From an uncultured Candidatus Peribacteria bacterium (GTDB lineage Bacteria; Patescibacteriota; Gracilibacteria; UBA1369; LOWO2-01-FULL-3), in the NCBI GenBank assembly GCA_964406295.1, contig CAYORB010000002.1, positions 658 through 64,218 of the forward strand: 63,561 nucleotides of DNA, written 5' to 3'. The notes under the pieces were generated by a model. The model did not search any database, was not told where the DNA came from, and saw only the letters and a program-made list of their open reading frames with translations. Of this stretch, positions 31,401 to 37,321 are shown in pieces (positions within the stretch are counted from its first letter, which is position 1; each line of letters starts with the position of its first letter). Both the position numbers and the translations under genes were made by a program.

Positions 31401-33256
31401 GCCTGATCGAATGTATAGGCGAAGCTTAAGTTACGGCCATTCACAGACTTAATTACATCACCTTCCTTTAAAATTTTTTCAAACGGACCTACATAATCAT
31501 CTTCCTCAATAGGATTATGAATAAAAGCAGGTATTCCATAATCAGGATTAGATTCAACAATAGCAGCAGTTTCAGTTATACCTCCTGAGACAAGAGTCCC
31601 GCTATAAGTTTGATTAGTCACTTTATATAATTCTTCTGGTGACACAATTCTGGTATTCACTCCAGCGGTGACAACTGGCATAGCAGTAAGAGGATTATCA
31701 GAACGCATTGACCTGGTTAAAATAGAATAATCCCCATCAACGCCTTCATCCTTAGGATTAAACTGTAAATTCTCATCAAAATACTCAGACTTAGTGGAAC
31801 CCAAATAAGGGGCGCATAATTTCGCACTTTCCAAATCATTTGCATTGATACCGTTTATGTACAAAGCACCATCTTTATCATTCAAATAATGAAACCGCAA
31901 AACATGATTAGTAATCCCCAAGGGTGGATCATCACCAAGAATTTCATCACCAAGTTCACCAAGCAATCCTTCCTCAGATTCATCAGTAACAAAAACAGTA
32001 AATTCTCTACCATTTTCACCAAAAGAACCTGTTAAAACTGTGGAATCCAATAGAGGCAAAGGCTGCTCAATTTTCTCAACTATTTCATTGATCTTTTTTT
32101 CAAGAGCATCGTTCACACTACGAATATAGTAACGTGTATAATCATCTTTCATACTGATAAGTTCAGGCATGCTATCAATATCCTTAGCGCTATAACGCCC
32201 CATATAATCAGCCCAATCATTTACACTGGAAATATAACGATTTAGAACCTTGTAATAAGGCAAAAAAGCTTGATCGATCACAGATTTCGAATAAATATCA
32301 GGCAAAGCAGCCATAGAATCAGAATTTTGAAGCGCATCCAAAAAATTCCCTTCACTAGGTTTCAAATCATTATCCTCACTAGCTTCAAGATCAAAATCTA
32401 TAGGTAAATCTTCAATCACACTCCCGTTTACCTCTTGAGCCCAAAATTTATTATATCGCATGTAGATCAGATCCTCACTAGCTTCAAGATATTTAATATA
32501 ACGTTTATAAACATCAGGATGCATCTGTTCTTCTTCATGCACAAGATCACCAAAGAAAAGTTTTCTATCAAAATCAGCAAACATAGGTTCGCCATCATAA
32601 TAGAGATGATTTTTATCAAAAAACTCAGCCAAATCATTCACACGTTTAGCTTTTATAACACCATGCCAAGCTTCAGGTTTAGGAAAACCAACATTTTCAT
32701 TTCTTTCAAAACTATTAGTTTTTTCGTCATAAATATAAGCTTTATCAACAAAATCAGTATAAGGAAACATACTAATAAACTTATTCCCTGATTTACTGAC
32801 TACAGGTAAAGGCACATCACCTATCAAAACCACACCTCTTAATTGATTTTCATGCGAACCATCCCCAGAAATATAGAGATTTTCAAGAGCTTCAGACAAA
32901 GTCACAACAGTATCGATCTCTTTATCAAAAAACAAAATCTTAACATCAGTAAGATCATTATTCTCTATCAAATCATCAGCATAACGACTAATTCTCTCCT
33001 CAATTCCATCTTCCCTTAAACCGTATTCATCCTGTAATTCAGTTTCTATATCCACACCACGCAAATCTTTATCCACAACCAAGACAACTAGGTCATAAAG
33101 AGTATCACTATCATTCTCCGCTTCCACCACTTCAACCTGCTTTATTTTTGCAGCATAAACTGGCATAGGAAAGACAAAAATCTGAGTAAAACTCAAACAA
33201 AAAAGAGAAGTATAAACTACAAATTTTTTAAGGAAAAAGGGAAGAGTCATAAGCAT
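19433..33256 (-). CDS. 4607-aa secreted multidomain giant surface protein (Ig-like array, FG-GAP/VCBS-like, DUF11-like, SLH-like, TSP3-like Ca-binding repeats)
   Basis: One uninterrupted 13.8-kb ORF with a signal peptide ending VYA.
- Invasin-type Ig-like repeats, about 27560-29170 (LYDEFGNL, LLDSFGNLV).
- FG-GAP/VCBS-like, about 26050-26470 (DMNGDGREDLLLV, DVNNDSYDDIVVG, DMNLDGCEDLVVS).
- DUF11-like, about 25380-25700 (GDKIDYIITLKNNSNSNINNLMLSD).
- SLH-like, about 20360-20690 (SRAEFVRVLLDML, TRAESVKIILRAL).
- Thrombospondin-type-3-like DxDxDG repeats, about 19890-20150.
- Acidic D/G tract, about 19650-19880. Confidence 0.9.
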   Translation of the reverse strand: MLMTLPFFLKKFVVYTSLFCLSFTQIFVFPMPVYAAKIKQVEVVEAENDSDTLYDLVVLVVDKDLRGVDIETELQDEYGLREDGIEERISRYADDLIENNDLTDVKILFFDKEIDTVVTLSEALENLYISGDGSHENQLRGVVLIGDVPLPVVSKSGNKFISMFPYTDFVDKAYIYDEKTNSFERNENVGFPKPEAWHGVIKAKRVNDLAEFFDKNHLYYDGEPMFADFDRKLFFGDLVHEEEQMHPDVYKRYIKYLEASEDLIYMRYNKFWAQEVNGSVIEDLPIDFDLEASEDNDLKPSEGNFLDALQNSDSMAALPDIYSKSVIDQAFLPYYKVLNRYISSVNDWADYMGRYSAKDIDSMPELISMKDDYTRYYIRSVNDALEKKINEIVEKIEQPLPLLDSTVLTGSFGENGREFTVFVTDESEEGLLGELGDEILGDDPPLGITNHVLRFHYLNDKDGALYINGINANDLESAKLCAPYLGSTKSEYFDENLQFNPKDEGVDGDYSILTRSMRSDNPLTAMPVVTAGVNTRIVSPEELYKVTNQTYSGTLVSGGITETAAIVESNPDYGIPAFIHNPIEEDDYVGPFEKILKEGDVIKSVNGRNLSFAYTFDQAIAESYNEVVKFMDAIKDEELDSLKDFKFNVASKDEIMRFDPNNPLAQLPAPLEIWDDADELISSPKLKDIRVLSVLGVINFEYYRGNEKRSENVSFTVEVHEDTDDIKQTTDEDPESEPDIEFAVFPKNIEFPGDWGDSDGALFTLYENDVLGYNSQAYDASAGCNANSAFRNSDRCLGRVASIPVLDPAGSLAPIKMTIPGQDEPVLQFPVNVKKTNDFINSGRVSDWENSVDIYKFPSNDFEDIDDVYLNSCFGVGLPSYQKGGSDSNPYEFVLDISTGNPGAAPTFDLDWYGQLMESFALFADSRLGDEPDYVHGGAPKDSSDFSPKEGIWLGMDELNASEIMLNTLGESVSLANFSDHFGLFDGIDNDGDGIVDFKFIDEDEDGVAETKFYDYEEANPAFGLDGENLPEISRKLLSHETTYTIPFGSESFRQKVTEENWGQVFNTDLILNVNPHQFESENGSEISSIIVHNEPTPYTISQQIKSKNSFSLPIDNPRYVAFQTQPTTPKAHSGLTAKVDYINLFDEEISDISDVSKAVSDKAKELSRLPGAQMLIDPSAAPNTYTFEEIETEIVNKYLATVVTNITDYPISGFNLRRASTAKLSDALDWLNMNIDEKHHYVLEYYLNGDKEHDAYINDSSNGYEASYLVFDGQEDYFGMSFNKDLPEEDSEFNALEQNIGVGQGRDIEAIEEEGDEDDWEFVWLDQFLKELEIFIDGFTSVPNFEQSCGFNPNFHFDDNEIPLTRIDRIELEVDRYVASTKTSDEVIVSGTAYDENANAIVNAKELGNLEIVQEEVAFDVTSSDSKQFENGKVEFKLRASDVVGMATLRVKTDEGLFSNAVQINSTNNEIKIFSDEDALVADGEGIMEFEVQVWGNDGIDSDVVHQLKFSLDNELAEFVGENVVSTENGIAFVSIKTGTKTGFVNLRADVISEGIYPYAKKEIQLEAGEPVAIEVEANSFLLVANNQSKSHFTISLYDEFGNLANNDFSQVAVFSNDVVEINPSVDMSSVIVGTQLNTMEGVAELDVIAKDQVGLAHLIFVLMDRNLENRFLEVGERWREIDFVNEIGASVTLDVVDSVELAVDIVDRNFNTVDEILANKSDIAGFEVTMLYEDQVVGSYNGPIDFEILTSSFGGFKNQAAEKMKAGVVKAADALFQSSSLTGNVEISITVPGFASTNAKLKTVAGEATQIELISSEKIISTNPEESVFLQARLLDSFGNLVSKDNGRRVEFAVSEAGDELIDFEAASALSLEGIASTQIVSKGKSGKVNFVAKSPDLDSAYLSLDVKKFIRASDVEKFAPRSLYTSLLGGDFGDELLRENLAQKILYNGQSQVVSAITADPDGYKKLISVDAYGVIELMSNQIESVLVPASKKLDYHKIILSDRIAKKELATFLVKPKELALSLLENEQELNAKEEGVYVKIISPQSNLEAKLIGDEIYIEEGSERHVRIDKLGRVFLNSDDFSVRLPEENDNLSLSHLTFVVTYNELPYAVVSINQNFRQNVRKMNFDSSRNNLFPGLAIQLASNSKKYGLEDSFSRNSTAHPMGVYLVDKENTLAPEHKPGFAQTSLEDVNNNFGLGFQGENKHMLLFAAGNSVGESHMPYASEVGIIYGDPMISLDIEEDLVSNGSGYSRDLGKQLYNGQEQIKEMLEFDMNGDGREDLLLVYKNGVVKLLENSISNRNYVEKGIVLNIFGEVLSVAKIDVNNDSYDDIVVGTNESCNAEEECVSLYMNNGGGFDRYSLDLALDGKKIYEMKSDDMNLDGCEDLVVSNSSGQISVYHNKIKDGECVGLDSEAPRDWDFGFEIDQNQNQKDSVFIHYPGIRLVENKVLQFSLKSDEPKPGDELAQQAIAAQAAFESNSQMAESYIPALRFSREFDFVQLSSDTKFGVNSSKIAIDINGENADVGDKIDYIITLKNNSNSNINNLMLSDATALSMELLPDTLTCIDVNCGDELTWQETGMSMRSHVIEGISVPANSMRNIKYSMAIKQMPKVRFDIGNNFTDYKDAANNKDTRLDIMVRPELNPEGIVSYLYSSGIDSLGRVKHLKYNAVPVVDNNESGDSQIPTPDVIQGYVDQQSHDSDYNGCSDMWDGAFEKHENAADALANKMENALSLLRCSGGGCSPIPYNYAAFVPDGATPGTAALAIGTPNLPYFMPLYPSSAPSSGRWYISPTLSGGLGTAVCVGPGPGHASPCYAIAVPGGIPGASGICDSVIGAVGDAIADAKEAVVDSEIGKAVIVSDGSNTADIEGGEFDSGFGSDNDTVSASLGGNVKIPGFPSIITNWLDNQMDEIFNKLLDFPKFYLILPDVVPFIKNNVKATSEVNFQSFHDFATTLSSIPLIQIEGKEIAVRIPAVSQKEIDKYKEQWKKWKKDMQKQLDERLAVWKCDENEAKKTVCDKITVDMNDFINGVSDLLDLLDQLASLPRKILNYRHLEAKYATQIVCYLDAIMNFTGGYISKQQKIVESWMKAVETAIETFKKWQVLLDLSADYQTACDQCKNDRFSKLSLLLQIFVAIPDPPIIEMPKWPDLIVDLSQIKTGVKIVWPDVTFNPEPIKLPDLPSITLPEFLPEVSFEIPGFDVADIPTFVLPDLPDLPPLPLPQLPDIPRPPKIPEIPNAVLQVVSKLKPVFRVLCLLKNGLVPVPESALETEIETLTQPSVQAVLPIISQLGMQWPPIQYDYVKEIRVTAKLRFDVETEFIYNKAKKGFKVWNEKVKNMVKNINKYTQFPYGEILSNLIQKAIDEQFEKALENAGGAIDLPFGDEQIDINVSGPSASLDSPEFAEFEQIKTAMEDVNKILTEYISSLDKYDYPETHNLVASQTLLGNNDPLLNRSLADVKFSISNEKLSDNPAIKKLASLRGSLIDYADGIYDSNELLEDIDNLEDFGRILAQSDEQRPRLVATSHPSSSGSETVEFSFFGDAIEEKLTEAADEIEERVLLAGDITIDQRELAKKQHNSRPQAKGFYIVGNDGLNENILNYTFELKKKTHTLFSNVDKDSDVDIVYSLGGDVYLKENKEIIEDQPKGKKIESRTSISDYLNDGEIAVQGLSSPYLNSGTADLSWLSAGDDIYAYEIILKSSIYGSDRDILDQRYIALTNPIDSKESQILLSEINLAEEQILQLSNKDKPQVSLELENANYYAYVYALTPDGKRSLSSTHALLAPQSCADTEAPFPVINSSVFDMSIYEELRIDASKSFDANGEIVEAYLETQPYSSTPGMVFTTLDERIYPDLNEDGFVFKIGPFINEGDIGQREFVLHLIDENKNSSNQKITVNVFAPEISLNPSFARTYIATGMVSPRLSDIPFALIRDRYIYRVVDGKTKLVLKTDIIEKNETDINGEYQINDFEDEGMILVKNSNEEVVAEIHPETGNINILVDGYEAVVQPAHVPVSPTRTDIVSPDGVVLGSVVIVADPNVDVVLHEEFEIDESNYKDLNGVNMNDVIIDDQYDLIQLAADDPSNPGAAILVNRDTEETLALIDTSGNVIIMTDGVSLEKKENLQKNSPLIFVISVNGTAVAEIYIAANGFTVVGSDDLPFRSPRTPSAGALYSAYTYTQGEFADIIKSLDLEEGRIFDSADLVSRAEFVRVLLDMLCIIPRKPEAYEAYSEGEGYNDIIFDSENLDSDYPYIKEATLLGLVEGYKGNREDSSGLLPFRPLNTITRAESVKIILRALEMEKIVDLTDVGEGDPWYNEILLVAQNLDPYMTEDKLLINNYIITEQEATLADKEMTFDELLVMTQRVLDIHSCQEIDADGDGMSDFCESKYNIDAPNEDPDKDGILNSQECLYGLNPRDSESEDHDHDGLSTNAEIFIYKTDPYNPDTDGGGVIDGNEVASFSNPLDASDERGSKDFDNGMDDNGSDNADDDRDNGDGSSDDGGDGSMDDGDDGGDGSMDDGGDGGDDDDNSGDDSVARANTGIATEPKDGEPGIYIEPAECNTCPCVSTFINGDDVLPGDVFYPVIHVDYEDPEKRSYIFSKGNEVLISN
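19705..19768. repeat. 33-nt-period tandem duplication inside the acidic tract of the giant gene
   Basis: The 31-nt string CATCATCCATAGAACCATCACCACCGTCATC occurs at 19705-19735 and again at 19738-19768. It encodes GGDGSMDDGDD / GGDGSMDDGGD. Confidence 0.85.
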
Positions 33257-33427
33257 TAATATACAGCCACAATTTTAACATATAAAGGGACATTTCTCAC
33301 TGTTTTTTTACTTTTCTATGCATCATAAAAAGCTCAACTAGCGGCCTCTTGATAAAAGTAAAAGCCCAGCCAGATTTCTCCAGCCGGACCTTTCAAAATT
33401 CAAACTAAATTTTTAATCCAAACTTTC

Positions 33428-33928
33428 TTATTGGATCAATGTTAAATAACAATCTCCACCATCAGTTTTCAAAACAGGATTCTTATTAGCAGCAACTACA
33501 CAATCATAATTCCCACTAGGATCATTTTCAACATTTGTAATAAATCCGTGACTATAGTCTAAGCCTGCATCAAATTTAATATATTTATATTGTCCAGTAC
33601 AACCATCAGTAACATTATTTGGGTCAGGATCAACAGGGAAAACACCTGAAAAATCAGCTAAATTATCAGAAATCAATTTACCAATAGTACCAGCACCACC
33701 AGCAGCAGCATCATTAGCTACACATCCTCCATCAGCAGGTAGAACAGCCCTTTCAAGTATTTTTGATACCATAAAATTTTCTAATTTTTGAACTGATGCC
33801 AGTCTTTGTGCATCATTTCCTTTTCCAATCGCTCCGAACAGTGTTGGCAAGAAAGCAACAGCCAGAATACCGATAATGGCTATTACTATCAGCAATTCAA
33901 TAAGGGTGAAACCTTTTCGATTTTTCAT
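33428..33928 (-). CDS. type IV prepilin (N-terminal cleavage/methylation domain)
   Basis: MKNRKG|FTLIELLIVIAIIGILAVAF: short basic leader, Gly at -1, Phe at +1, Glu at +5 and a hydrophobic alpha1 helix. 166 aa with C-terminal Cys pairs. Flanked by 99- and 171-nt spacers. Confidence 0.9.
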   Translation of the reverse strand: MKNRKGFTLIELLIVIAIIGILAVAFLPTLFGAIGKGNDAQRLASVQKLENFMVSKILERAVLPADGGCVANDAAAGGAGTIGKLISDNLADFSGVFPVDPDPNNVTDGCTGQYKYIKFDAGLDYSHGFITNVENDPSGNYDCVVAANKNPVLKTDGGDCYLTLIQ

Positions 33929-34027
33929 AATTAATGAGGTTAAAATCTACAAAGCCTATTCTAGTTGAAAGAAAAGCCCAGTGCTACAGTTAAAGGTTGA
34001 CGTGAGCCAACATTATAGTCTCGCAAC

Positions 34028-35284
34028 TTAAAGTGCACCTGATAAATTAGCTAGTTTCATAATAGGCAACATAATAGCTGCTACAACAGTTCCTACTGTA
34101 AGGCCAACAATAACCAAAATTATCGGTTCTATAATTTTTGAAATACCAGCAACGGCCGTATCCACTTCTTCTTCATAAAATTCAGCTACTTTCTCAGTAA
34201 TTTCGCCAAGTTGAGCTGTTTTTTCACCAACATCTATCATATTTACAAGCATAGGTGGGAAAAGCGAACTTTCACTAAGATTTTCTGCTAAAGGAATACC
34301 TTGTTTAATATCCTCTATAGATAATAGTAATCTTCTTTTATAAACTTCATTGCCTATAGAATTCGCTGTGATTTCCATAGTTTTCACAATGGATACGTTA
34401 CTATCTAGAAGGTTGTTCAAAGAACGAGCAAATCTGGATAAACAACTTTTTTTCAATAATCCTCCAAAAATAGGAATACTTAGCTTAAATTTATCTAATA
34501 AATACATTCCTTCTTTAGTTTTTTTCAAAAATGAGAAAATCAGAAACATTGCACATAAGCCAATTGCAAGCAGCATTCCATTTGCAATTATAAAATCACT
34601 GGTAAATACCACAGCTTTAGTAATTCCAGGCAAATCTCCACCCATTGAATCAAAAAGTTGAGTTAATTGAGGTATAACATAAACCATCATGGCTACAATC
34701 ACAGCAATCAATAGGGAAAAAATCACAATTGGATACATCATCGCACTCTTAACTTTTGACTTCATCATATAAGCTTTTTCAGTATCAGTAGCCAGGTTTG
34801 CCAGTACTTTGCTTAATTGCCCAGAGGCTTCACCAGATTGAATCATACCCATTTCAGCTTCATGAAAAATATCTGAAAATTGTAACATTGAAACTGATAA
34901 ACTTTCCCCTTCTTCAATAGTTTTAGCCATATCAGTCACAACAGTAGCCATTCTTGGGCTATCCTGCATCTGTGAAACTAGTGATTTCAAAGCTTTCACC
35001 ATTGGAATACCAGCATTTATCATTACTGATAAAAGATGATAAAAATTAGCTTTTTCTTTCACTTTCACACCGGATTTAGAGACCATATAGTTATTAACCT
35101 TGTCATACCAGCGTTTAAAAAAATTACTACTGATGATTTTTTTGCTTGAGATTTGATCTAAAACAACACCCTCAGAGTCTTCTTCTATAGTTAAGGTAAC
35201 ACCGCTACTGGCAGCCGATATCTCTCCAGCGAGGTTGAAACTCTCTGTACCACTTGTTGCGAAATTATCTTTTGCTTCTGGCAT
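34028..35284 (-). CDS. pilC: type IV pilus/T2SS platform protein (PilC/GspF family)
   Basis: 418 aa with the two-fold T2SSF architecture: three TM segments, duplicated cytoplasmic helical domains, typical C-terminus GLTVGTVVAAIMLPIMKL. Confidence 0.88.
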   Translation of the reverse strand: MPEAKDNFATSGTESFNLAGEISAASSGVTLTIEEDSEGVVLDQISSKKIISSNFFKRWYDKVNNYMVSKSGVKVKEKANFYHLLSVMINAGIPMVKALKSLVSQMQDSPRMATVVTDMAKTIEEGESLSVSMLQFSDIFHEAEMGMIQSGEASGQLSKVLANLATDTEKAYMMKSKVKSAMMYPIVIFSLLIAVIVAMMVYVIPQLTQLFDSMGGDLPGITKAVVFTSDFIIANGMLLAIGLCAMFLIFSFLKKTKEGMYLLDKFKLSIPIFGGLLKKSCLSRFARSLNNLLDSNVSIVKTMEITANSIGNEVYKRRLLLSIEDIKQGIPLAENLSESSLFPPMLVNMIDVGEKTAQLGEITEKVAEFYEEEVDTAVAGISKIIEPIILVIVGLTVGTVVAAIMLPIMKLANLSGAL

Positions 35285-35285
35285 T

Positions 35286-36701
35286 TTATTCTGATTTACG
35301 AGCTACTCTGTATACTTCTTCAAGGGTGGTAAGTCCTTCCAGGGCTTTTATAATTCCAGCCTGTTCTAGCGTTACCATTCCGTTTCTTTGTGCAGCTTCT
35401 TGTATCTCCATAACAGAGGCACTATCTGCTATAAGTTTTCTCAATTCATTATTCATTCTAAAAACTTCATATAACCCAACTCGGCCATGATATCCAACGT
35501 TATTACATTCAGCACAACCGGGTGCATCGTAAAATTTCAGTCCGCTTAGAAGGGCAGGGTCCACCTCATCTTTCACTCCCAATTTATCCATAGCGTTCTT
35601 AACAAGTTCAAGTATATCAGGGCTAACTACAGCCTCTTTTTTGCATTTTTCACAAATCCGTCTAACCAACCTTTGAGCAATAATTAGTTCAATTGTTGAT
35701 GTCAAAAGATAGGGTTGAATACCCATATTCACAATACGAGTAATTGATTCAACAGCAGAATTAGTATGCAGAGTTGAGAATACCAAATGACCTGTCAGCG
35801 AAGCTTCGATCGCAGTATTTCCAGTTTCTTTATCACGAATCTCACCTACCATTATAATATCAGGATCCTGACGAAGAGCTGATCTCATACCTGAAGCAAA
35901 ATCATATTCAATATCATGATGAACCTGGCTTTGATTTAAACCATCCAGTTGAATTTCCACAGGATCTTCAATAGTCAAAATATTCACATCAATTTTATTT
36001 AATCTACTTAAGCAAGAATATAGAGTTGTTGTTTTACCTGAACCTGTAGGACCTGTATTGATAATAATCCCATTTGGAGATTGCAAAGCTTCCTGCAAAT
36101 TTTTCAAACCAATACCAGAAATACCAAGATCAGGTAGATCTGGGATTTTTCTAGATTTATCTTGTATACGCATTACTATCTTTTCCCCATTAACAGTTGG
36201 TAGAGTGGAGATACGTAAATCCATTTCACGACCATCTTTCGTTGTAACATCAGCACGACCATCTTGAGGTAACCTCTGTTCATCAATCTTCAAATTGGAC
36301 ATGATTTTTATTCTAGAAACAACGGCTGGATGAAGATTTACCGGGTACTCAACAATGGGTCTCAAAACACCATCAATTCTATAACGAATTCGTACTGTGC
36401 TTTCCATACTTTCTATATGTATATCACTAGAACCTGAATCCAATGCATAACTAATAGCCACCATAACCATTTGTGGCACATTAGCTGACAAAATAGCATC
36501 TTGAAGTTGTTTCAATTTATTTTCTGCCATAGGTGATTGCACACCGGCAGCAGCTTGAGCAACCACAGTAGCTTGAGCAGTTGGAGCCACAGTTCCATTG
36601 GCCACCAAATCAGGAACAGCCGATACTTGAGTAGCAGGGGCGGCCCCCCCAGACACAGGCATTGCCTGTTGAACTTGTTGTTGAGTTAGGGGATTATCCA
36701 C
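35286..36701 (-). CDS. pilB: type IV pilus assembly ATPase (PilB/GspE family)
   Basis: Walker A GPTGSGKTTT, Asp box, Walker B IIMVGEIRD, His box GHLVFSTLHTN, tetracysteine CEKC...CAEC. The N-terminal ~60 aa are Q/A/V-rich low complexity. Confidence 0.93.
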   Translation of the reverse strand: MDNPLTQQQVQQAMPVSGGAAPATQVSAVPDLVANGTVAPTAQATVVAQAAAGVQSPMAENKLKQLQDAILSANVPQMVMVAISYALDSGSSDIHIESMESTVRIRYRIDGVLRPIVEYPVNLHPAVVSRIKIMSNLKIDEQRLPQDGRADVTTKDGREMDLRISTLPTVNGEKIVMRIQDKSRKIPDLPDLGISGIGLKNLQEALQSPNGIIINTGPTGSGKTTTLYSCLSRLNKIDVNILTIEDPVEIQLDGLNQSQVHHDIEYDFASGMRSALRQDPDIIMVGEIRDKETGNTAIEASLTGHLVFSTLHTNSAVESITRIVNMGIQPYLLTSTIELIIAQRLVRRICEKCKKEAVVSPDILELVKNAMDKLGVKDEVDPALLSGLKFYDAPGCAECNNVGYHGRVGLYEVFRMNNELRKLIADSASVMEIQEAAQRNGMVTLEQAGIIKALEGLTTLEEVYRVARKSE

Positions 36702-36707
36702 AGTTAT

Positions 36708-37319
36708 TTATTGAAAATAAGCGTTAATTTGTACAGAGAAACTGATGATTTTAGGACCATCATCTTCATCTTCGTCTTCAAAATTTAGGCGTATAGATGA
36801 AATATCCATCAAACGAGTATTTCCGTTCAAAGTTCCTGAATTTTCAATTAAGTGAAGAAATTTTATGAAATTATTGCTTGAACTCCTGATAGTCATTCTC
36901 AGAGGCAAGACGCTATATTTTTCCTTTTTCACAACATTTTGAAAATTAATATTCGAAACTTCAAAAGGATTATGTCTTTTCGCTAGTTTTTGTTCATATG
37001 AATCAATTTGCCTTGTCAGCTCAGTATAAGCGTTGTCCGGTGGGAAGATATCCGCCAATTTTGTATTAATTTCTTTATCCAAAGCATCAAATTCAACTTT
37101 TAAAGAATTATAATTTGTTTCTTCATTAACAGATTCTTCTGATAAAAAAGCAACAAATTCTTCACCACTTCCTATACCACTTTTAGCCATATCATATCTT
37201 ATCCATTGTTTATAACCGTAAAAACCAAGTAGAACAATTAATAGTAGACAGGCAAAAGCATAGACCTTAGTTTGGAATTTTTGCTGTCTCTCTAAAATTT
37301 GATAAGTAGTATTGCTCAT
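36708..37319 (-). CDS. PilO-like bitopic pilus alignment protein (tentative)
   Basis: 203 aa: short cytoplasmic N-terminus, one TM (VYAFACLLLIVLLGFYGY), a coiled-coil segment, then an alpha/beta-looking C-terminal domain. It sits directly upstream of pilB. The assignment rests on architecture and context only. Confidence 0.5.
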   Translation of the reverse strand: MSNTTYQILERQQKFQTKVYAFACLLLIVLLGFYGYKQWIRYDMAKSGIGSGEEFVAFLSEESVNEETNYNSLKVEFDALDKEINTKLADIFPPDNAYTELTRQIDSYEQKLAKRHNPFEVSNINFQNVVKKEKYSVLPLRMTIRSSSNNFIKFLHLIENSGTLNGNTRLMDISSIRLNFEDEDEDDGPKIISFSVQINAYFQ

Positions 37320-37321
37320 AA

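Noticed and set aside
33340-33427. Terminator downstream of the pilin gene (GC-rich CCAGCC...CCAGCC followed by a T-rich run on the minus strand)
   Set aside because: The two GC-rich words are direct repeats, not inverted, so no stable hairpin forms. I could not support a terminator call.
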